Notes: a model not told the origin generated them from the sequence alone. Positions 1-10,151 are shown, counted from the first letter of the stretch. The stretch: DNA of 64,000 nucleotides from Candidatus Shapirobacteria bacterium (GCA_041665485.1 JBAYIT010000005.1:1974-65973); one strand, 5' to 3'. Numbers and translations are program-made.

Positions 1-1939
1 AACCGAAACTGTCGGTGGTGCCACCAATTTGGCCACGGCGGGAAGAAAGATCACCAATAACTGTGCCTAAGAATTCCGAGGGAGTGGCCACCTCGAACTT
101 CATGATCGGCTCGAGAATCAAAGGCCTGGCTTGAGCAAAAGCATCTTTAATGGCGTAAGCGCCGGCTAATTTGAAGGCAGCTTCGGAAGAATCAACTTCG
201 TGATAAGTGCCATCATAGACAGTGACTTTAACGTCGGTGGCCGGATAACCGGCAATAATCCCCTTCTGGAGAGTTTCTCTAACCCCTTTCTCAATGGCAG
301 GAATAAAGTTGCTAGGAATAGCTCCACCTTTAACACCGTTGACAAATTCGACACCTTCACCCCTGTTCTTGGGCTCAATTCTGATTTTACAATGACCGTA
401 TTGACCGTGACCGCCGGATTGGTGGATATATTTTCCCTCACCTTCGGCATTGGCCGAAATAGTTTCCCGATAAGCGACTTGAGGAACACCGGTTTTGACA
501 TTAACACCAAATTCGCGCTTGAGACGATCGACAATGATTTCAAGGTAAAGCTCGCCCATACCGGCAATAATGGTTTGACCGGTTTCGTGGTTGTAAGTGA
601 CCTTAAAAGTTGGATCTTCAGTAGTAAGGCGGTTAAGGGCAACGCTCATTTTTTCCTGATCATCGGTAGTACCGGGCTCAATGCTTAGAGAGATAACCGG
701 GTCGGGGAACTGGATGGGAGAAAGAGAGATGGGGTTGGCTTTGTCGCAAAGAGTGTCGCCGGTGACGGATTCTTTAAGACCAATACAGGCGACAATTTCT
801 CCGGCATAACCTTCTTCAATCCCCTCGCGCTTGTCGGCGTGCATCAATAAAAGACGGCCGATACGTTCGGATTTCTGCTTGGTGGGGTTGTAGACCTCAA
901 CACCGGTTTTAACGGTGCCAGAATAGACACGGAGATAAGAGAGGGTGCCAACATGGGCGTCGGACTGGACTTTGAAAATAAGACCGGAAAAGGCATCGTC
1001 TTTTTCGGGACGGCGGGTGATTTTTTCGCCGGTAACAACGTCAAAACCTTCGGTGGGAGGAAGATCGATAGGAGAAGGAAGATAATCAACGATAGCGTCT
1101 AAAATCGGATGAATACCCTTGTTTCGCCAAGCGGCGCCACAGAAAACCGGAAAAAGTTTGCGGTGAATAGTGGCTTGCCTTAGAGCTGATTTCAACTCGG
1201 GAATAGAAATTTCCTGATCGTTTAGGAATTTTTCCATTAGGGCTTCGTCTTCCCCGGCAATTTTTTCCACCATTTGGGCACGGGCCTTGGTGGCAGAATC
1301 AAGATATTCCGGAGTGACATCTTTGACGGTAAACTCGAGACCTTCTTCGTCTTTGTCGTAAATAATCATCTTCATTTCCATTAGATCGATAACACCGGTA
1401 AAATCGTGCTCTTCACCGATGGGCAAGACCATAGGAATGATAGGACAGTGGAGTTTTTGGTTGATGGAATCGAGAGTTTTTTGGAAAGAAGCGCCAACTT
1501 TGTCCATTTTGTTGACAAAAGCCAGGCGGGGAACGCCGTATTTGTCGGCCTGACGCCAGACGGTTTCGGATTGGGCCTGAACACCGGCATTGCCATCGAA
1601 AATCATGATAGCGCCATCCAAGACACGCAAAGATCGCTCGACTTCGGCGGTGAAATCGACGTGGCCGGGGGTGTCGATGATATTGATACGAATGTCTTTC
1701 CAAAAGGTGGTAATACAGGCAGATTGAATGGTGATGCCCCGCTCGCGCTCCTGATCCATGGTGTCGGTGGTGGTGGTGCCCTCATCGACGGAGCCAATTT
1801 TGTGGATTTTACCGGTATAAAAGAGGATGCGCTCGGTGGTGGTGGTTTTACCGCCGTCGATATGGGCAATAATGCCGATATTACGGACTTTGTGCATAGG
1901 AACATCACGATTTTTGGAAAGTTTGATTTGATCAGCCAT
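1..1939 (-). CDS. fusA: Elongation factor G (3' end runs off the window)
   Basis: Manual translation from ATG 1939: MADQIKLSKNRDVPMHKVRNIGIIAHIDGGKTTTTER...IDTPGHVDF; same frame at window start (IGDLSSRRGQI). Not in the ORF track because no stop lies inside the window. Confidence 0.97.
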   Translation of the reverse strand, partial: MADQIKLSKNRDVPMHKVRNIGIIAHIDGGKTTTTERILFYTGKIHKIGSVDEGTTTTDTMDQERERGITIQSACITTFWKDIRINIIDTPGHVDFTAEVERSLRVLDGAIMIFDGNAGVQAQSETVWRQADKYGVPRLAFVNKMDKVGASFQKTLDSINQKLHCPIIPMVLPIGEEHDFTGVIDLMEMKMIIYDKDEEGLEFTVKDVTPEYLDSATKARAQMVEKIAGEDEALMEKFLNDQEISIPELKSALRQATIHRKLFPVFCGAAWRNKGIHPILDAIVDYLPSPIDLPPTEGFDVVTGEKITRRPEKDDAFSGLIFKVQSDAHVGTLSYLRVYSGTVKTGVEVYNPTKQKSERIGRLLLMHADKREGIEEGYAGEIVACIGLKESVTGDTLCDKANPISLSPIQFPDPVISLSIEPGTTDDQEKMSVALNRLTTEDPTFKVTYNHETGQTIIAGMGELYLEIIVDRLKREFGVNVKTGVPQVAYRETISANAEGEGKYIHQSGGHGQYGHCKIRIEPKNRGEGVEFVNGVKGGAIPSNFIPAIEKGVRETLQKGIIAGYPATDVKVTVYDGTYHEVDSSEAAFKLAGAYAIKDAFAQARPLILEPIMKFEVATPSEFLGTVIGDLSSRRGQIGGTTDSFG

Positions 1940-1945
1940 GGGAAT

Positions 1946-1991
1946 CAGTTAACAGTTTTCAGTTACGAGTTGCGAGTTGAAAAACAGTTTA
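1946..1991. repeat. Degenerate 7-bp tandem repeat in fusA leader
   Basis: cagttaa cagtttt cagttac gagttgc gagttga ... cagttta. Confidence 0.7.
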
Positions 1992-2004
1992 ATTAAATAA
2001 TTTA

Positions 2005-2054
2005 AAAAATAAAAAAGATTGCAGGCATGGCCTGCGAATGAAGTTATGATAACA
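2005..2054 (-). promoter_or_regulatory. fusA promoter (extended -10 TGtTATCAT) followed by a GC hairpin and U-rich tract
   Basis: Minus strand: gtgtTATCATaacttcattcGCAGGccatgCCTGCaatcttttttattttt. Confidence 0.5.
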
Positions 2055-2065
2055 CAAGTACAGAA

Positions 2066-2107
2066 AATTTTTAATTTTAAATTTTTAATTTTTAAACAAT
2101 TTTTAAT
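2066..2107. repeat. 42-bp AT-rich heptamer-built dispersed repeat, copy A
   Basis: 41/42 identical to 59768-59809. Confidence 0.8.
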
Positions 2108-2182
2108 ATCTAATTTTTAAATACTAAAAAAACAAAACAGGGGTGGGGTGGAGAGGAGGAAAAGGGCTTGATATAATTCGAC

Positions 2183-2407
2183 ATGGGAAAATGTGTAATT
2201 AGTATGTCGATGCATGATTGGGGACGTAACATTCAAGAAAGAATAGATATAATTGATGAGGTTAGTGGTTGCAGTTACTTTTCTGCTTGTGGGACTAAGG
2301 GAAACCGTTGCTCGGCTACCAAAGAAGAACAGTGCCCGGCGACAAAATTTCCAGAACTGGCGCAAGAAGTTGAAGCGAGATGGAAAGGAGAAAAGAATCT
2401 ACTTTAA
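2183..2407 (+). CDS. Small Cys-containing hypothetical protein (74 aa)
   Basis: ORF with 5 Cys; TGaTATAAT 5 nt before the ATG (leaderless start). Confidence 0.55.
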   Translation: MGKCVISMSMHDWGRNIQERIDIIDEVSGCSYFSACGTKGNRCSATKEEQCPATKFPELAQEVEARWKGEKNLL

Positions 2408-3238
2408 CTCTTTTTTCTTATCTTTTGCTTTTGGTAAATAGTTTTCTTTGGAAACGATTGGCCGACCTAATTCTTTTTCGGTTTGTTTTCTGGCATTTCC
2501 AGCAATGTTTCCGCCCCTGTTGGCGACTTTTTTATTTGCCACAAAAGTATCTGGCTTTTCTTGTTGAGAAATTTCTGTGGTCACCCGCTCACCAAGCATG
2601 TTAAAAATTAATTCCAAATCATTCATATGATCACGTAAATTTTGCCGTTTTAATCCCTTTAATCTTTTGTATTCACTGGGTGTTACGCCAAAAGTGGCTT
2701 TGGAAATTTCAGCGGTCAAAATCTCATATTCTTTTTGTTCTTTTATACCTCGTTTTTGCCACTCATCGGTTAATTCTTCGCGAATGGCAATGCCCCGCAT
2801 TCGTCTCTCTATCCAACTTTCGGGGTACCCCTTGAGTTTATAGAGCAGTCTTGTTCTTTTAGTTGCCAATTCCGGATCTTCAATTTCTTGGACTCGCTCA
2901 TAGCCAACTTTTGCTAGCCAGCGTTTGAATGGCTCGGCTTTGGGTGAGGGAATTGATTGAATAATACGAAAAATTCCTTCTGTATTAGCACAATCTGTTT
3001 CGCGCATTTTTCCATCTGGGGCGAGTACCTTCAACCGGTGACAATTTGTCACCACTTCACTTCCTTCGTCTCTTAATCTTTGAGAGAGTTTGTTCCAATA
3101 TTTTCGTGCTGTTTGATCGTCTTGTTGGCTTGTAAGCGCCTGGACGATATCTACCATTGAAAACCACCACTCGTTATTGTAAATAACTTTGCGTATTTCT
3201 TTTTTTTGAAATATGGCTATTTTTGTTGTGATTTCCAT
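2399..3238 (-). CDS. Bro-N domain protein (phage antirepressor-like DNA-binding protein)
   Basis: IRKVIYNNEWWFSMVDIVQAL...ARKYWNKL...DGKMRETDCA...IIQSIPSPKAEPFKRWLA. Confidence 0.88.
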   Translation of the reverse strand: MEITTKIAIFQKKEIRKVIYNNEWWFSMVDIVQALTSQQDDQTARKYWNKLSQRLRDEGSEVVTNCHRLKVLAPDGKMRETDCANTEGIFRIIQSIPSPKAEPFKRWLAKVGYERVQEIEDPELATKRTRLLYKLKGYPESWIERRMRGIAIREELTDEWQKRGIKEQKEYEILTAEISKATFGVTPSEYKRLKGLKRQNLRDHMNDLELIFNMLGERVTTEISQQEKPDTFVANKKVANRGGNIAGNARKQTEKELGRPIVSKENYLPKAKDKKKELK

Positions 3239-3281
3239 GCTGGTTTAATTGTATTCCATTTCTTTATACGAAAACAGCCAT

Positions 3282-3345
3282 GTTTGCCTCACACTGTGGC
3301 CTTGCGGGTGTTAGTGTCATGAGGGCTTCGAGCCCTTCAAACAGG
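3282..3345 (-). ncRNA. Putative structured leader or small RNA upstream of the Bro-N gene
   Basis: After TGtTAAAAT: outer stem TGTTTG/CAAACA, hairpin AGGGC-TCGAA-GCCCT, stem ACACT/AGTGT capped by CC-GCAA-GG. Confidence 0.4.
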
Positions 3346-3454
3346 TTATTTTAACAAAAGACGACTGTAATTTTTCAATCCCTCTAAATCTCCCTTTAAC
3401 CCGTCAGGTGCCGGGCACGGCAATGGGACTTTAATAAAGATGTTGGTATAAAAT

Positions 3455-4648
3455 ATGGAGATGAAGAAAAAAACGGTGGGGATAATTGGGGGAGGGATTG
3501 GGGGGTTGGTGGCGGGATTACGGCTTTGCCAAAAAGGCTATAAAGTAACGATTTTTGAAAAGGGGGAGGTGTTGGGGGGGCTTTTAGCCGGATTTAAGGT
3601 GGAAGGGACAAACTTGGAGCGGGCCTACCACCATATTTTTGAGAGTGACAAAGAGGTAATTGGTTTAATTAAAGAATTGGGATTGTCAGAAAAGATGGTT
3701 TGGAAAAAAGGAACAATCGGGGTGTATTGGCAAAAAGAGATGTGGCCATTTAATGGCCCAGTCGATTTGCTACGATTTGGGGCGATTCCCCTACTGGACC
3801 GGATTCGGATGGGATTAGTTGGCTTGTGGCTTCAAAAAGATGAAAACTACCAAAAATATATAAAAGTTACGGCGGTGAGTTGGATGAAAAAGTGGGTGGG
3901 AAAGGCGGGCTTTGAAGTGGTGTGGGAGCCACTACTAAGGGCCAAATTTGGGGAAGATTACGACAAAGTATCAATGGCCTGGCTCTGGGCCCGGATTCAT
4001 ACCAGAAGCTCTAAACTTGGCTATTTACTGGGCGGGTTTGAGCAAATTACTAATCGGCTGGCGGAAGAAATTAAAAAAGCGGGCGGAGTTATAAAACTAA
4101 AGACAGAAGTAGATTTGGAAAAAGTTAAAAAAGATTTTGATTTAGTGATTAATACGGGGCCGGTTCCGAGAGTAAAGTATTTGGGAGCGGTGATAGTGGC
4201 ATTTACGTCGAGCCAAAATTTAAGCCAGTATTATTGGCACAATATTAATGACCCTCAGTCCCCCTTCCTGGCTTTTATTCAACATACCAATCTTGTTGAT
4301 AAGAGTGAGTACGGCGGGAAACATGTTTATTATATGGGCGCTTACCTTTCTCACGATGACCACAGATTTGAAGCGGATGAAGAAACGATTAAGAAAGATT
4401 TTCACGAATACTTAAAGCGGATTTTCGCCGATTTTGACCCGGGGCAGATTGATCAGGAGTGGGTGTTTAGATTTAAAAATGCCCAGCATGTGGTGACGAC
4501 GGATTACCAAGAAATAATAAATAAGACAAAGAAGACCAATAGGACCGATAAAATAATTAATTTAAATTTTGCCATGATTTTTCCCCAGGACAGAGGAATT
4601 AATTATGCGGTGCGGGAGGCGGAAAGACTAATAAAATGTCGTTTTTAA
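3455..4648 (+). CDS. FAD-dependent oxidoreductase (amine oxidase/protoporphyrinogen oxidase-like); start may be 3461
   Basis: N-terminal GIIGGGIGGL Rossmann motif, FEK...LGGL, ERAYHHIF, C-terminal PQDRGIN. Confidence 0.85.
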   Translation: MEMKKKTVGIIGGGIGGLVAGLRLCQKGYKVTIFEKGEVLGGLLAGFKVEGTNLERAYHHIFESDKEVIGLIKELGLSEKMVWKKGTIGVYWQKEMWPFNGPVDLLRFGAIPLLDRIRMGLVGLWLQKDENYQKYIKVTAVSWMKKWVGKAGFEVVWEPLLRAKFGEDYDKVSMAWLWARIHTRSSKLGYLLGGFEQITNRLAEEIKKAGGVIKLKTEVDLEKVKKDFDLVINTGPVPRVKYLGAVIVAFTSSQNLSQYYWHNINDPQSPFLAFIQHTNLVDKSEYGGKHVYYMGAYLSHDDHRFEADEETIKKDFHEYLKRIFADFDPGQIDQEWVFRFKNAQHVVTTDYQEIINKTKKTNRTDKIINLNFAMIFPQDRGINYAVREAERLIKCRF

Positions 4649-6024
4649 CAATAAAGTTTTTGCTATTTTTTTTGGCAGTTTGGGGGCTGGCAATAATTTT
4701 TCGGCCCTACAAGAGAGCTTATAAATTATTGATAATTGGGGCGAATTTAGTTTTCTACAGTTTTTTTGGAGTAACAGGACTGGTGGTTTTAGTAAGTGAT
4801 GTTTTACTAAATTACGGACTGCTAAAAATTTTGGGGAGACTAAAAGCGAAAAAAAAGGTTTTGGGGGTTGGAGTGGGTTTGAATTTACTGCTTTTGAGCA
4901 GTTATAAATATTTTAATAATCTGACGGGAATAACGGGGATGGAAATAATTGCCCCGATTGGAGTGTCGTTTTTTACTTTTAAAATTATTAGCGTTCTGAT
5001 TGATAGCTACCGACAAAAGATTCAGGTTAACAGTTTGGCCGACTACTTGGCCTATGTTAGCTTTTTTCCCCAAATATCGGCCGGGCCGATTGCCAGGTTT
5101 AAAGAATTTGCCGAGGATATAAACCAAGAGGAGCAAGGAGAGACGGAAAACAACAATATTGGGCCAAGATTTTGGACCTTAATAATTAGTGGCTGGCTTA
5201 AAATGTATTTAATTGGGAGCTACTTGTATGAAATAGTTAATCAAACGATTAATGCACCTCAAAGCTTTGGCCGGGTGGACTTAATTTTGGGCATGATGAG
5301 CTTGAGTTTTTTTATTTTTGCTAATTTTAGTGGCTATTCGGACATTTCGGAGGCGCTGGCGATGGCGCTGGGATTTAGAACGCCAAAGAATTTTAATAAC
5401 CCTTATCGGGCAGTGGGGATTCGAGATTTTTGGCAAAGGTGGCACATGAGCCTATCGACCTGGCTTAAGGACTACCTTTATATACCAATGGGGGGAAACC
5501 GGCGGGGACGGGCATGGAAATATTGCAATTTACTGGTGACCATGGTGGTGGGCGGAATGTGGCACGGAGCGGAAATTAACTTTTTGGTGTGGGGAGGGCT
5601 ACAGGGAGAAATGCTAATGATTGATCATTTTTTGCATGATACGGTGTGGCCAAAATTGAGAGGGGTGGCTAACTGGATAAAAATAGCGGGGAGAGGCGGG
5701 GGGTGGCTGATAACCTTTGGACTGATAAATATTAGTTGGATTATCTTTTATCCAAAAAACATGGAGGCGTCGGTGACCTATTTTGAATACTTGATTAGAC
5801 CAAGAGAGAACCTGGTGGTGCTGGGCTCGGGTGGGCTTCTGACAATCCTAATTTTGGCGGGGATTTTGAGCGTGAGAGGAGATAAATTTGAGGAAATAAT
5901 GGCCAAAACGTTAACTAAAGCCCCGGGAGTGGTAAGATATGTAGTACTAGTAGTGATATTTTATTTGATTATTACCTTCGGACCAAGTAACTATGTGGCT
6001 CCAGCCGCCTACTTTAATTTCTAA
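4636..6024 (+). CDS. MBOAT family O-acyltransferase (AlgI/PatA/DltB-like)
   Basis: PIGVSFFTF, FFPQISAGPI, NFSGYSD, FWQRWHMSLSTWLKDYLYIPMGG, GMWHG; multiple TM segments. Confidence 0.93.
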   Translation: MSFLTIKFLLFFLAVWGLAIIFRPYKRAYKLLIIGANLVFYSFFGVTGLVVLVSDVLLNYGLLKILGRLKAKKKVLGVGVGLNLLLLSSYKYFNNLTGITGMEIIAPIGVSFFTFKIISVLIDSYRQKIQVNSLADYLAYVSFFPQISAGPIARFKEFAEDINQEEQGETENNNIGPRFWTLIISGWLKMYLIGSYLYEIVNQTINAPQSFGRVDLILGMMSLSFFIFANFSGYSDISEALAMALGFRTPKNFNNPYRAVGIRDFWQRWHMSLSTWLKDYLYIPMGGNRRGRAWKYCNLLVTMVVGGMWHGAEINFLVWGGLQGEMLMIDHFLHDTVWPKLRGVANWIKIAGRGGGWLITFGLINISWIIFYPKNMEASVTYFEYLIRPRENLVVLGSGGLLTILILAGILSVRGDKFEEIMAKTLTKAPGVVRYVVLVVIFYLIITFGPSNYVAPAAYFNF

Positions 6025-6889
6025 ACGCCGAAAAGAATCGACAAGATTGTGGTTGTGGGCAGTAATAATACTGACTTCGGTGACTGGCTTGTTTAAAATT
6101 AGGACGCAGGCAAAATCGGCAGAAATGGTTAGCCCGCTGGCACTGGCTCAACTACCGACAACGATACCAACAATTATGCCGACAACGATACCGGCAATAA
6201 CACCAACGATAATACCAACGATAGCACCAATAATAGAAATAAAAGAAATCCAACCAGCCAATATATTAATTATTGGTGACTCGATGGTAATGGAAGGCTT
6301 TGGCCCGGTAGTGGCAAACGATCTGTTGGCTTATTCGGACTTCAAAGTAGTGAGAAAGGGGAAATTTTCAACCGGACTAAACAGGACGGATTTTTTTGAT
6401 TGGTATAAATACTCACTAGAGCTGATTGAGGAATATAAGCCAGAGGCAATGGTGATAATGTTTGGCGCCAACGACAACCAAAATATTTTGGACGGAGGGG
6501 GCAGGGCTTACACGGTAGGCGAGGCGGGCTGGGACGAGGTGTATACCCAAAGAGTGGCCCAATATATGGCCTTAATTAGCCCAATGGTAGAAAAAGTTTA
6601 TTGGGTGGGACAACCGCCGGCCAGAGAAGCGGGGTTTTCCGGAAGATTGAAGCACCTAAACGATATCTATGAGGCCGAAGCGAAAAACTGGAGCAATATT
6701 AAATTTATTTCGACGTGGGAGAGGTTTACTGTTGAGGGGAAATATCAGGCCTCGGTGGCAAACGATCAGGGACTAAAACAGAGGGTAAAAACAGATGACG
6801 GAATTCATTTGACCATTCATGGGGCAAAAATTATGAGTGAAATGGTGATTGGAGTAATCAGGCAAGACCTTAATCTGGCGACGAGGTAA
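5993..6889 (+). CDS. SGNH/GDSL O-acetyltransferase (DUF459/PatB-like) with Pro/Thr linker
   Basis: IGDS, STGL, FGAND and DGIH blocks; N-terminal TM and PTTI-type 12-bp repeats. Confidence 0.85.
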   Translation: MWLQPPTLISKRRKESTRLWLWAVIILTSVTGLFKIRTQAKSAEMVSPLALAQLPTTIPTIMPTTIPAITPTIIPTIAPIIEIKEIQPANILIIGDSMVMEGFGPVVANDLLAYSDFKVVRKGKFSTGLNRTDFFDWYKYSLELIEEYKPEAMVIMFGANDNQNILDGGGRAYTVGEAGWDEVYTQRVAQYMALISPMVEKVYWVGQPPAREAGFSGRLKHLNDIYEAEAKNWSNIKFISTWERFTVEGKYQASVANDQGLKQRVKTDDGIHLTIHGAKIMSEMVIGVIRQDLNLATR

Positions 6890-6895
6890 AGAGAG

Positions 6896-6931
6896 GAATT
6901 ATGAATTTACGAATTTAGAATTTACGAATCT
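6896..6931. repeat. 7/8-bp tandem repeat
   Basis: gaattat gaatttac gaattta gaatttac gaatct. Confidence 0.7.
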
Positions 6932-6973
6932 GGAGATAAGAAATAAAATTTAAGAATTTAAAAAATAAGATTT

Positions 6974-7393
6974 ATGAATATCGATAAACGGAATCATTTG
7001 GAAAAAATTCAAAAAGTATTGGTGATGGTGGCGGAAAAAACAAATACGTTGGGTATAGATTGGTATTTAGGATCGAGCGGGGCATTGATGGTTCATGGAA
7101 TAGATGTTGTGCCTAAAGATTTGGACATTTTAACTAATTGGAAAAACATCGAAAAAATAACCGGTGAATTTAAGTCATTTGTTGTTGACAATAACCCCGA
7201 CGGAATTAAACTGGAAATTGAAGGGATTGAGGTGGAGGTGTTAGGATTGTCGGATTTGAGAGAACCAAAACTTGTTTTGTTTAAAAATAGGCTGATACCG
7301 GTTAGTTCTCTTGATGATTTACTTTTATTTTACAAAAGTAGACCCGGTAAAACGGAGATAGTGAGGATGATTGAGGAAAAAACGAGAGGCTAG
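6974..7393 (+). CDS. Minimal nucleotidyltransferase-fold protein
   Basis: WYLGSSGALMVHGIDVVPKDLDI (GS...DxD). Confidence 0.7.
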   Translation: MNIDKRNHLEKIQKVLVMVAEKTNTLGIDWYLGSSGALMVHGIDVVPKDLDILTNWKNIEKITGEFKSFVVDNNPDGIKLEIEGIEVEVLGLSDLREPKLVLFKNRLIPVSSLDDLLLFYKSRPGKTEIVRMIEEKTRG

Positions 7394-7431
7394 GAAATTA
7401 GGTGTGGACGTGGCGCAATGACGTTAGATGT

Positions 7432-8787
7432 TTACGGCGTAACCGTAGGAGAAGCGGTGGCGGTGGAGGCGCCGGTTTTGAGGTCGGTGCCGATAGTGAA
7501 GACGATGTCGTAAGTGCCGGTGGCCGGCAGAGTGGCAGAGAAAGTGGCCGGGAAATCGGCTAGTTTAGACTGGAAATAAGCCGAAGACGAGGCTAATTCC
7601 GGCTTGGTGTTGACCAAATTTTCGGTGGCTTTGGTTTTGCTGTTGCCAGTAGTGACATCGGTAAAGCCAAGAGCGACAAGCTTTTGCTTTAAGACTGAAG
7701 CTTGACCGTTAATATCGGTGCCGTTTAAAACTTGAAGCTTGAGAGTTTTGCTGATTTCGGCAATAGAAGGAATGGGAGTGGCAGTGGGAGGAGCAACGGC
7801 AGTGGTGGGGGTGACTTGATTGCCCGGCTCTAGGGGGGGCTCGCCATTAAGAACATTATTGCGACTAACAACGTACCAGATAATGATCGAGGCCAGAGCG
7901 GCGGTGACGATGAAAACAGCAACGATGGGGAGGTAGTTCTTTTTTGGTTCCATTGGTTTTTGGATAGGTAAATTACTATTTGGTAATGAGATTATAGCAG
8001 AAGAAAGGGCGCCGATGACCGGCAAGGGCAAATTGGCGGGGAGGCTAAGCTGGAGAGCAATTTGAGAGGGATTGTATTCGGTGGACTCGATCTTGGGGAA
8101 AATCTCCGATTTTTCCTTGAAATCGACAGGGAGAAAGACCTTTTCCACCGGAGAGCCAAAATAAAGCTGGCTGTAGTTGACGATTTTTTGAATATCATTT
8201 TTTTGATTTTTGACGATACTGGAAAGATAAACCTCACTACCTTGGGCTAAAACCAAAACTGACTCCTGATGAGTTTGGGGATAAACGGCAAAATAGTTGG
8301 GTTTGTAGTATTTGGAAAAAACATTGGCAATGGATTGGGAAACCGAGGCGGTGGTGATAACTTTAAGGCCAAGCTGGCTAAGATTGGCGTAAAGATTTTT
8401 AAGCTTTTCCTGGCAAAGAATGGTGGTTTTGATTAAAGTCTTGCCGGTTTTTTTCTCTAAAACGGCCGAAATCGAATCAGACTCGAGAGGAAAATCGACG
8501 TAACCCTTGGCGAGAACGATGAGCTCTTTGTTGTCGATAGTATCGATTTCGGAATCGTAGACGAAGGTGCGGGTGAGAATAACGTCGTCGGGGATGATTA
8601 ATTTGGCTGATTTAAGGCGGTTTTGACTGAGATAGACTTTAAGAGGAGAGAGGTCGGCCTCTTCCAAGGGCTGGTAGAGATTGAGGTCGAAAGAAGTGAG
8701 GGTGGCAACTGAAGAGGAGATGAGGTAAAGGTCGAGCCCGGCACTTTTGGGCCAAACAACCAGCTGGGGACGAGAAAAGAGTGACAT
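7432..8787 (-). CDS. Membrane-anchored LytR C-terminal domain protein
   Basis: TM helix, P/T linker, LQVLNGTDINGQAS...LGF...TGN...YDIVFTIGTD. Confidence 0.75.
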   Translation of the reverse strand: MSLFSRPQLVVWPKSAGLDLYLISSSVATLTSFDLNLYQPLEEADLSPLKVYLSQNRLKSAKLIIPDDVILTRTFVYDSEIDTIDNKELIVLAKGYVDFPLESDSISAVLEKKTGKTLIKTTILCQEKLKNLYANLSQLGLKVITTASVSQSIANVFSKYYKPNYFAVYPQTHQESVLVLAQGSEVYLSSIVKNQKNDIQKIVNYSQLYFGSPVEKVFLPVDFKEKSEIFPKIESTEYNPSQIALQLSLPANLPLPVIGALSSAIISLPNSNLPIQKPMEPKKNYLPIVAVFIVTAALASIIIWYVVSRNNVLNGEPPLEPGNQVTPTTAVAPPTATPIPSIAEISKTLKLQVLNGTDINGQASVLKQKLVALGFTDVTTGNSKTKATENLVNTKPELASSSAYFQSKLADFPATFSATLPATGTYDIVFTIGTDLKTGASTATASPTVTP

Positions 8788-8836
8788 CTATGTATAGATT
8801 AGACTAAAAGCTCCAAAATAACAAATTGACAATTAA

Positions 8837-9604
8837 CTAATGTTGAAGTTTTCGATACTCCTCAAACAAGTATTTTATTTCGGGTAGAGCGTAATTCATT
8901 CTTTTTTCCAGTTCCATTGGATCACTCTCCTTTTCGATTTTATACTGTTGAGGATCTTTATCAAAAACAAACGGATCTTCCCAAGATAACCAATCGACCT
9001 CTTTTGTTGATGTTCTATCTCTAAAATAGAAAGCAAGTTGTGAAAGCACCACTAAATCGTGAGCATTGAGGCTGGGAATGGCATCGCCTAATTGTTTGGC
9101 AGTAAGGGCTAAATGACACCAGGTAAAATCTAATGTTTTACCGAACAAAATTCTTCCAGCCTCTGTGACCATTGATTCAACCATGTGGTAATTTTTTGGG
9201 TGAGTTGCCCAGGCTTTTGGAGATCTAAGAAAAAGAGTTGGGGTGTTTTTTGGGCCAATACTATTAATGTCCTGAAAAAAGGCTTGCTTATAGTTTAACA
9301 AGGTGAAGATTGTTCTGTCTGAATAACAAAGATGCAATATTTGATCAGGCTCAGATTGCTTTACGGCGTTTTTGTATCCAGCAACGAGATGATCCCCAAC
9401 AAATGAGTCGTCTGAATTCGTATTGACCAAAAAGAAATCATCATGCTGGAAAAAATTAATTGATTCCGGATTAGAAATTACTGTTTTTGGCGTAACACTG
9501 ACGAAAGCCTTATCAAAGTTCTGCTTCAAAATAGGTAGTATTTGTTTCAGTAACTTTGTTTCGATATTGTTGGGATCGTGAAACGGGAAAACTAACGATG
9601 ACAT
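8837..9604 (-). CDS. Hypothetical protein (possible GT-A-like fold)
   Basis: 255-aa ORF with atypical codon usage; -10-like box immediately before the ATG. Confidence 0.7.
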   Translation of the reverse strand: MSSLVFPFHDPNNIETKLLKQILPILKQNFDKAFVSVTPKTVISNPESINFFQHDDFFLVNTNSDDSFVGDHLVAGYKNAVKQSEPDQILHLCYSDRTIFTLLNYKQAFFQDINSIGPKNTPTLFLRSPKAWATHPKNYHMVESMVTEAGRILFGKTLDFTWCHLALTAKQLGDAIPSLNAHDLVVLSQLAFYFRDRTSTKEVDWLSWEDPFVFDKDPQQYKIEKESDPMELEKRMNYALPEIKYLFEEYRKLQH

Positions 9605-9684
9605 TGAATTATAGTAACATGTACGAGTTTACAAACGAAACATGTTGGTTGAGACGAAAATTAGGACAATAAAGTTATAACCAG

Positions 9685-10101
9685 TTATAACTTTTCCTGA
9701 AGATACTCCTGAAACAACTTTTTTGTGGCCGAATAAAGTGGCATTGAAGCAATTTGTTCTACAGAAAACCATTTTGCGTCTTTAATTTCGTCTTTGTTTA
9801 TTTTGATTTTTTCTTCTAAAATTTCACACTGCCAAAAAGAAAGCATGACATTCGGTATATCGGCCGGTAATTTGACAATTAATTTAACCGGTACAACCTG
9901 AAGATTAAGCTCCTCGAGAAATTCTCTTTTTATTGCTTCCTGCTCTGTTTCACCTTCATTAACACCTCCACCAGGAGGGTAATATTTGTCGGTATAATTA
10001 TCGTTATCGGAGTTTGGTTTTATAAATAAGTATTCCCTTTTCTGTTTATCATTTACCCTTGACACAATTCCTATTACAGCCTGTTTCATCTTTTTAATCA
10101 T
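9685..10101 (-). CDS. NUDIX hydrolase
   Basis: Nudix box PGGGVNEGETEQEAIKREFLEEL; ATG 10101 preceded by AGAGGG. Confidence 0.88.
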   Translation of the reverse strand: MIKKMKQAVIGIVSRVNDKQKREYLFIKPNSDNDNYTDKYYPPGGGVNEGETEQEAIKREFLEELNLQVVPVKLIVKLPADIPNVMLSFWQCEILEEKIKINKDEIKDAKWFSVEQIASMPLYSATKKLFQEYLQEKL

Positions 10102-10151
10102 AGCACTACCCTCTTTATGTACGAACGAATGAAAGCTTGAAAACGCTTGAC

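Noticed and set aside
166-1996. Several 60-200 aa ORFs in the track
   Set aside because: Alternative-frame or antisense shadows of fusA; the same applies to ORFs inside rpoBC, ftsK, rnj, pnp, dnaK and gatAB.
3379-3432. ccgtcaggtgccgggcacgg as SRP RNA
   Set aside because: Lacks the conserved GNRA/AGCAG domain IV pattern and long stem; more likely a degenerate palindromic repeat.
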